NCBI GenBank assembly: GCA_036679065.1
Contig: JAZIGN010000001.1
Coordinates: 236,559 to 300,558, forward strand
DNA: 64,000 bases
Direction of reading: 5' to 3'
Origin: Coprothermobacterota bacterium
GTDB taxonomy: Bacteria > Coprothermobacterota > Coprothermobacteria > Coprothermobacterales > Coprothermobacteraceae
Shown here: piece after piece, positions 61,617-64,000 of the stretch
Layout: every line of letters starts with the position of its first letter
Position numbering within the stretch: position 1 is the stretch's first letter
Translations under genes and position numbers: made by a program
Notes under the pieces: model-generated
Told to the model about the DNA's origin: nothing
Database searches by the model: none
Seen by the model: the letters and a program-made list of their open reading frames with translations, nothing else

Positions 61617-62897
61617 GTGAAATACTACATTTTTACTTACGGTTGCCAAATGAACAAGAATGATAGCGAAATGGTTAGCGGTATTCTAAAAAGCTCCGGC
61701 TGGGAAGAGGCAAGAAACGTCGTTGATAGCGACTTAGTTGTTATCAACACGTGTTCGGTAAGGTTACATGCAGAAGAAAGGGCTATCGGAACAATTTCAG
61801 CTTTAAAAAAACTTGGCAAGAAAGTGGTAGTGATGGGCTGCATGTCTGAAGTAAGGGGAAACGAGCTTATGAGTCGGTTTCCTCATGTTCAGGCTGTGCT
61901 GGGCCCGTCCTATGAAGCTCATATTTTAGAAGTCTTAAATGGTGAAAGACGAATTCTTGTTGGAGATGAGAGAGTCGACTTTGAAAAATACAGCAGTGCC
62001 AACAGAAAGGAAAAGCATTCTGTTTATGTAAGTATAATGAAAGGCTGCGATGATTTTTGTACTTACTGCATAGTCCCGTTCACTCGAGGCCGCGTTCAAT
62101 CGAGGGATCCAGAATCCATACTAGAGGAAGTGCGCATGTGTGTAGATAACGGCGCTGTAGAGATTACTCTTCTTGGCCAGAATGTCAATGATTATGGTAA
62201 AGACCTCAGCGGGTGGGATTTTGTTTCCTTGGTTGAACGGGTTGCCGCTATCGACGGCGTAAGAAGGATATGGTTCATGTCGCCTCATCCAGCCAATTTC
62301 AAGAAAGATGATATTACCCGTTTGGCTAATCTTCCTCAGGTAGCACCGTATTACCATCTGCCTTTGCAGTCTGGCGATGATGAAATACTGAGGCGTATGA
62401 ATAGGAAGTACACAACGGGTGAGTTTGCGGAATTAGTTGGTTTTATAAGAGAAAGCGTGCCTAATGTGGCGATTGGTACAGACCTCATCGTTGGCTTCCC
62501 AGGAGAATCTGATGAGCACTTTCAAAACACCTTTAAATTTCTCGAAAAAATGCAGTTTGATGTTGTCTATATGGCGATTTACTCTCCACGACCAGGTACT
62601 GCAGCTGCCCGCCAAGAGGCTTCCTTTGTGCCTGCTGAGGTGGCTAAAGCTCGCTATGATGAGCTTCTCAGACTTCAAGAGAAAATTTCCTATAGTATCA
62701 ACCAGCGATACGTAGGAACCTTGCAAGAGGTTTTGATAGACCGTGAAGACAAAACCACTGGTAAATTCATAGGTAGAACTCCCACAAATAAGACTGTAGT
62801 CTTTACGAGTATTCGTCATGTTTCACCAGGCGAGTTTGTTGACGTCAGGATTAATGAAGCAAAATCATGGGTGTTGTATGGGGAAGCCGCTGATTAG
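61617..62897 (+). CDS. miaB: tRNA-2-methylthio-N6-dimethylallyladenosine synthase
   Basis: 'GCQMN', 'NTCSVR', 'CDDFCTYC', 'YSPRPGT', TRAM domain. Confidence 0.94.
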   Translation: MKYYIFTYGCQMNKNDSEMVSGILKSSGWEEARNVVDSDLVVINTCSVRLHAEERAIGTISALKKLGKKVVVMGCMSEVRGNELMSRFPHVQAVLGPSYEAHILEVLNGERRILVGDERVDFEKYSSANRKEKHSVYVSIMKGCDDFCTYCIVPFTRGRVQSRDPESILEEVRMCVDNGAVEITLLGQNVNDYGKDLSGWDFVSLVERVAAIDGVRRIWFMSPHPANFKKDDITRLANLPQVAPYYHLPLQSGDDEILRRMNRKYTTGEFAELVGFIRESVPNVAIGTDLIVGFPGESDEHFQNTFKFLEKMQFDVVYMAIYSPRPGTAAARQEASFVPAEVAKARYDELLRLQEKISYSINQRYVGTLQEVLIDREDKTTGKFIGRTPTNKTVVFTSIRHVSPGEFVDVRINEAKSWVLYGEAAD

Positions 62898-63816
62898 TAT
62901 TCTTGGCCCAACTGGTGTCGGAAAAACAGACTTGGCTTTTCGCTTAGCATGTTCTTTGGATAAGGCTAATATCCTCTCCGTGGACACTGGATCCTTTTAC
63001 AAAGCTGCCACCATTGGAACGGCGAAGCCACCTAAAGAGTTCACGAGCCGTGTGAGGCATTGGTTTATCGATATACTTGAATGCCAAGAAGTGTACTCTG
63101 TGGGAGCGTTCGTTTCTGATTGCTCTTCTATCTTGCAAGATCTTTGGGCTGAGGGAGTAACGCCGATTGTTGTGGCTGGAACACTGTTTTATTACTACGC
63201 ACTTGTTGGGGAACGTTCTTTCTCTGCCGTCCCTAGTGATAGCACTGTTAGGGAAAAAGTGGAAGAAAAGGCAAGAGTCTACGGTGAAGAATACCTCAGA
63301 CAGGAACTTCGAAAAGTTGATCCAGAAAGAGAAAAAAACATACTTCCCGGGGACATTAGAAGACTGACTCGAGCTTTGGAAATAGCCGAATTGGGATTTA
63401 AACCAACGGAAGCTGTTGTTACTAATAAACTTGATTTTGATATAAACCTAAAGATAGGTTTAAAAATGCCGAGGGACCTTTATCGCACTAGACTGAGGGA
63501 TCGCGCGGAGTACATGATCAGCGCTGGACTCATAGAAGAAGTGCAAGATATTTTGAGCAAGACTGGTAATAGTAGTCTTCCATGTCTTAACCAAATCGGA
63601 TATAAAGAAGTTTGCTCTTATTTGAAAGGTGAGATAAAAAACAAGGATGAACTGGTTGAAAGGATCTTTCTGAGCCATTGGACATACGCTAGAAAGCAAA
63701 TCAAATGGCTTAAGAAAGACAAAACAATAGTCTGGTTTGATGTGTCTGAAAAGTCTCCAGACACGCTAGTCGAGGAGGTTTTAACTCTTGTTCAATCAAC
63801 TTTGGAAAACTGCTGA
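62878..63816 (+). CDS. miaA: tRNA dimethylallyltransferase
   Basis: 'GPTGVGKT', 'IGTAKP', 'RALEI', 'IGYKE', 'YARKQIKW'. Confidence 0.93.
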   Translation: MGKPLISILGPTGVGKTDLAFRLACSLDKANILSVDTGSFYKAATIGTAKPPKEFTSRVRHWFIDILECQEVYSVGAFVSDCSSILQDLWAEGVTPIVVAGTLFYYYALVGERSFSAVPSDSTVREKVEEKARVYGEEYLRQELRKVDPEREKNILPGDIRRLTRALEIAELGFKPTEAVVTNKLDFDINLKIGLKMPRDLYRTRLRDRAEYMISAGLIEEVQDILSKTGNSSLPCLNQIGYKEVCSYLKGEIKNKDELVERIFLSHWTYARKQIKWLKKDKTIVWFDVSEKSPDTLVEEVLTLVQSTLENC

Positions 63817-64000
63817 ATCAAATTCTGTGAAGGTACTAAACGCTCTTAAAGAGGTTCGTCTTGCAGAATCAGATCTTTGGGGAAGTACAGGCTATGGTTT
63901 AGATGACTTTGGACGTGAAAAACTTGAAAAGGCATACGCTTATTGTTTTGGGGCTGAAGCCTCACTGGTCAGACCGAACATTTCTTCTGGCACTGATGTA
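63788..64000 (+). CDS. YnbB-like methionine gamma-lyase family / aluminium-resistance protein (3' truncated; absent from ORF track)
   Basis: GAGGAGG then TTG; my translation [71 protein letters not shown] contains the 'STGYG.DD.GR' and 'LVRP...SGT' motifs. Confidence 0.8.
   Translation, partial: MFNQLWKTAESNSVKVLNALKEVRLAESDLWGSTGYGLDDFGREKLEKAYAYCFGAEASLVRPNISSGTDV

Overview
Bacterial chromosomal window of roughly mid-40s %GC, almost entirely + strand and densely coding. The gene content fits an anaerobic peptide/amino-acid fermenter with Firmicute-like gene order; it resembles Coprothermobacter, but that is an unverified impression. Left to right: partial sigma factor, ruvX, a PilB/PilT/PilC type IV pilus or competence set, pepP-efp-asp23-nusB-dxs-nadK-recN, a buk-ptb-buk-ATPase-2-oxoacid:ferredoxin oxidoreductase block, nudF-xerD-deoB-punA-pdp, a tRNA nucleotidyltransferase and trpS. 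Next is the most unusual part, a three-unit tandem array of cmk-plsC fusion genes (26043-29663). It has two divergent acyltransferase tails, and in the middle unit 328 bp are replaced by 456 bp of AT-rich foreign DNA that carries a complete small basic-protein gene with its own promoter-like motif. This is followed by an ispH pseudogene (internal deletion plus frameshift), der, murC, a double 5'-nucleotidase with central SLH repeats, Gln-dependent nadE and five tRNAs including tRNA-Arg(UCG). After the tRNAs lies an integrase-less defence island: a small winged-helix gene, type I R-M hsdMSR and a convergent HEPN protein. Then come an Xre/membrane pair, a second NH3-type nadE, three more tRNAs, and tig-clpP-clpX-lon, rimO-cinA-thpR-recA-recX-rny-ymdB-miaB-miaA and a partial ynbB-like gene. 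All calls come from reading motifs by eye; no database searches were run.
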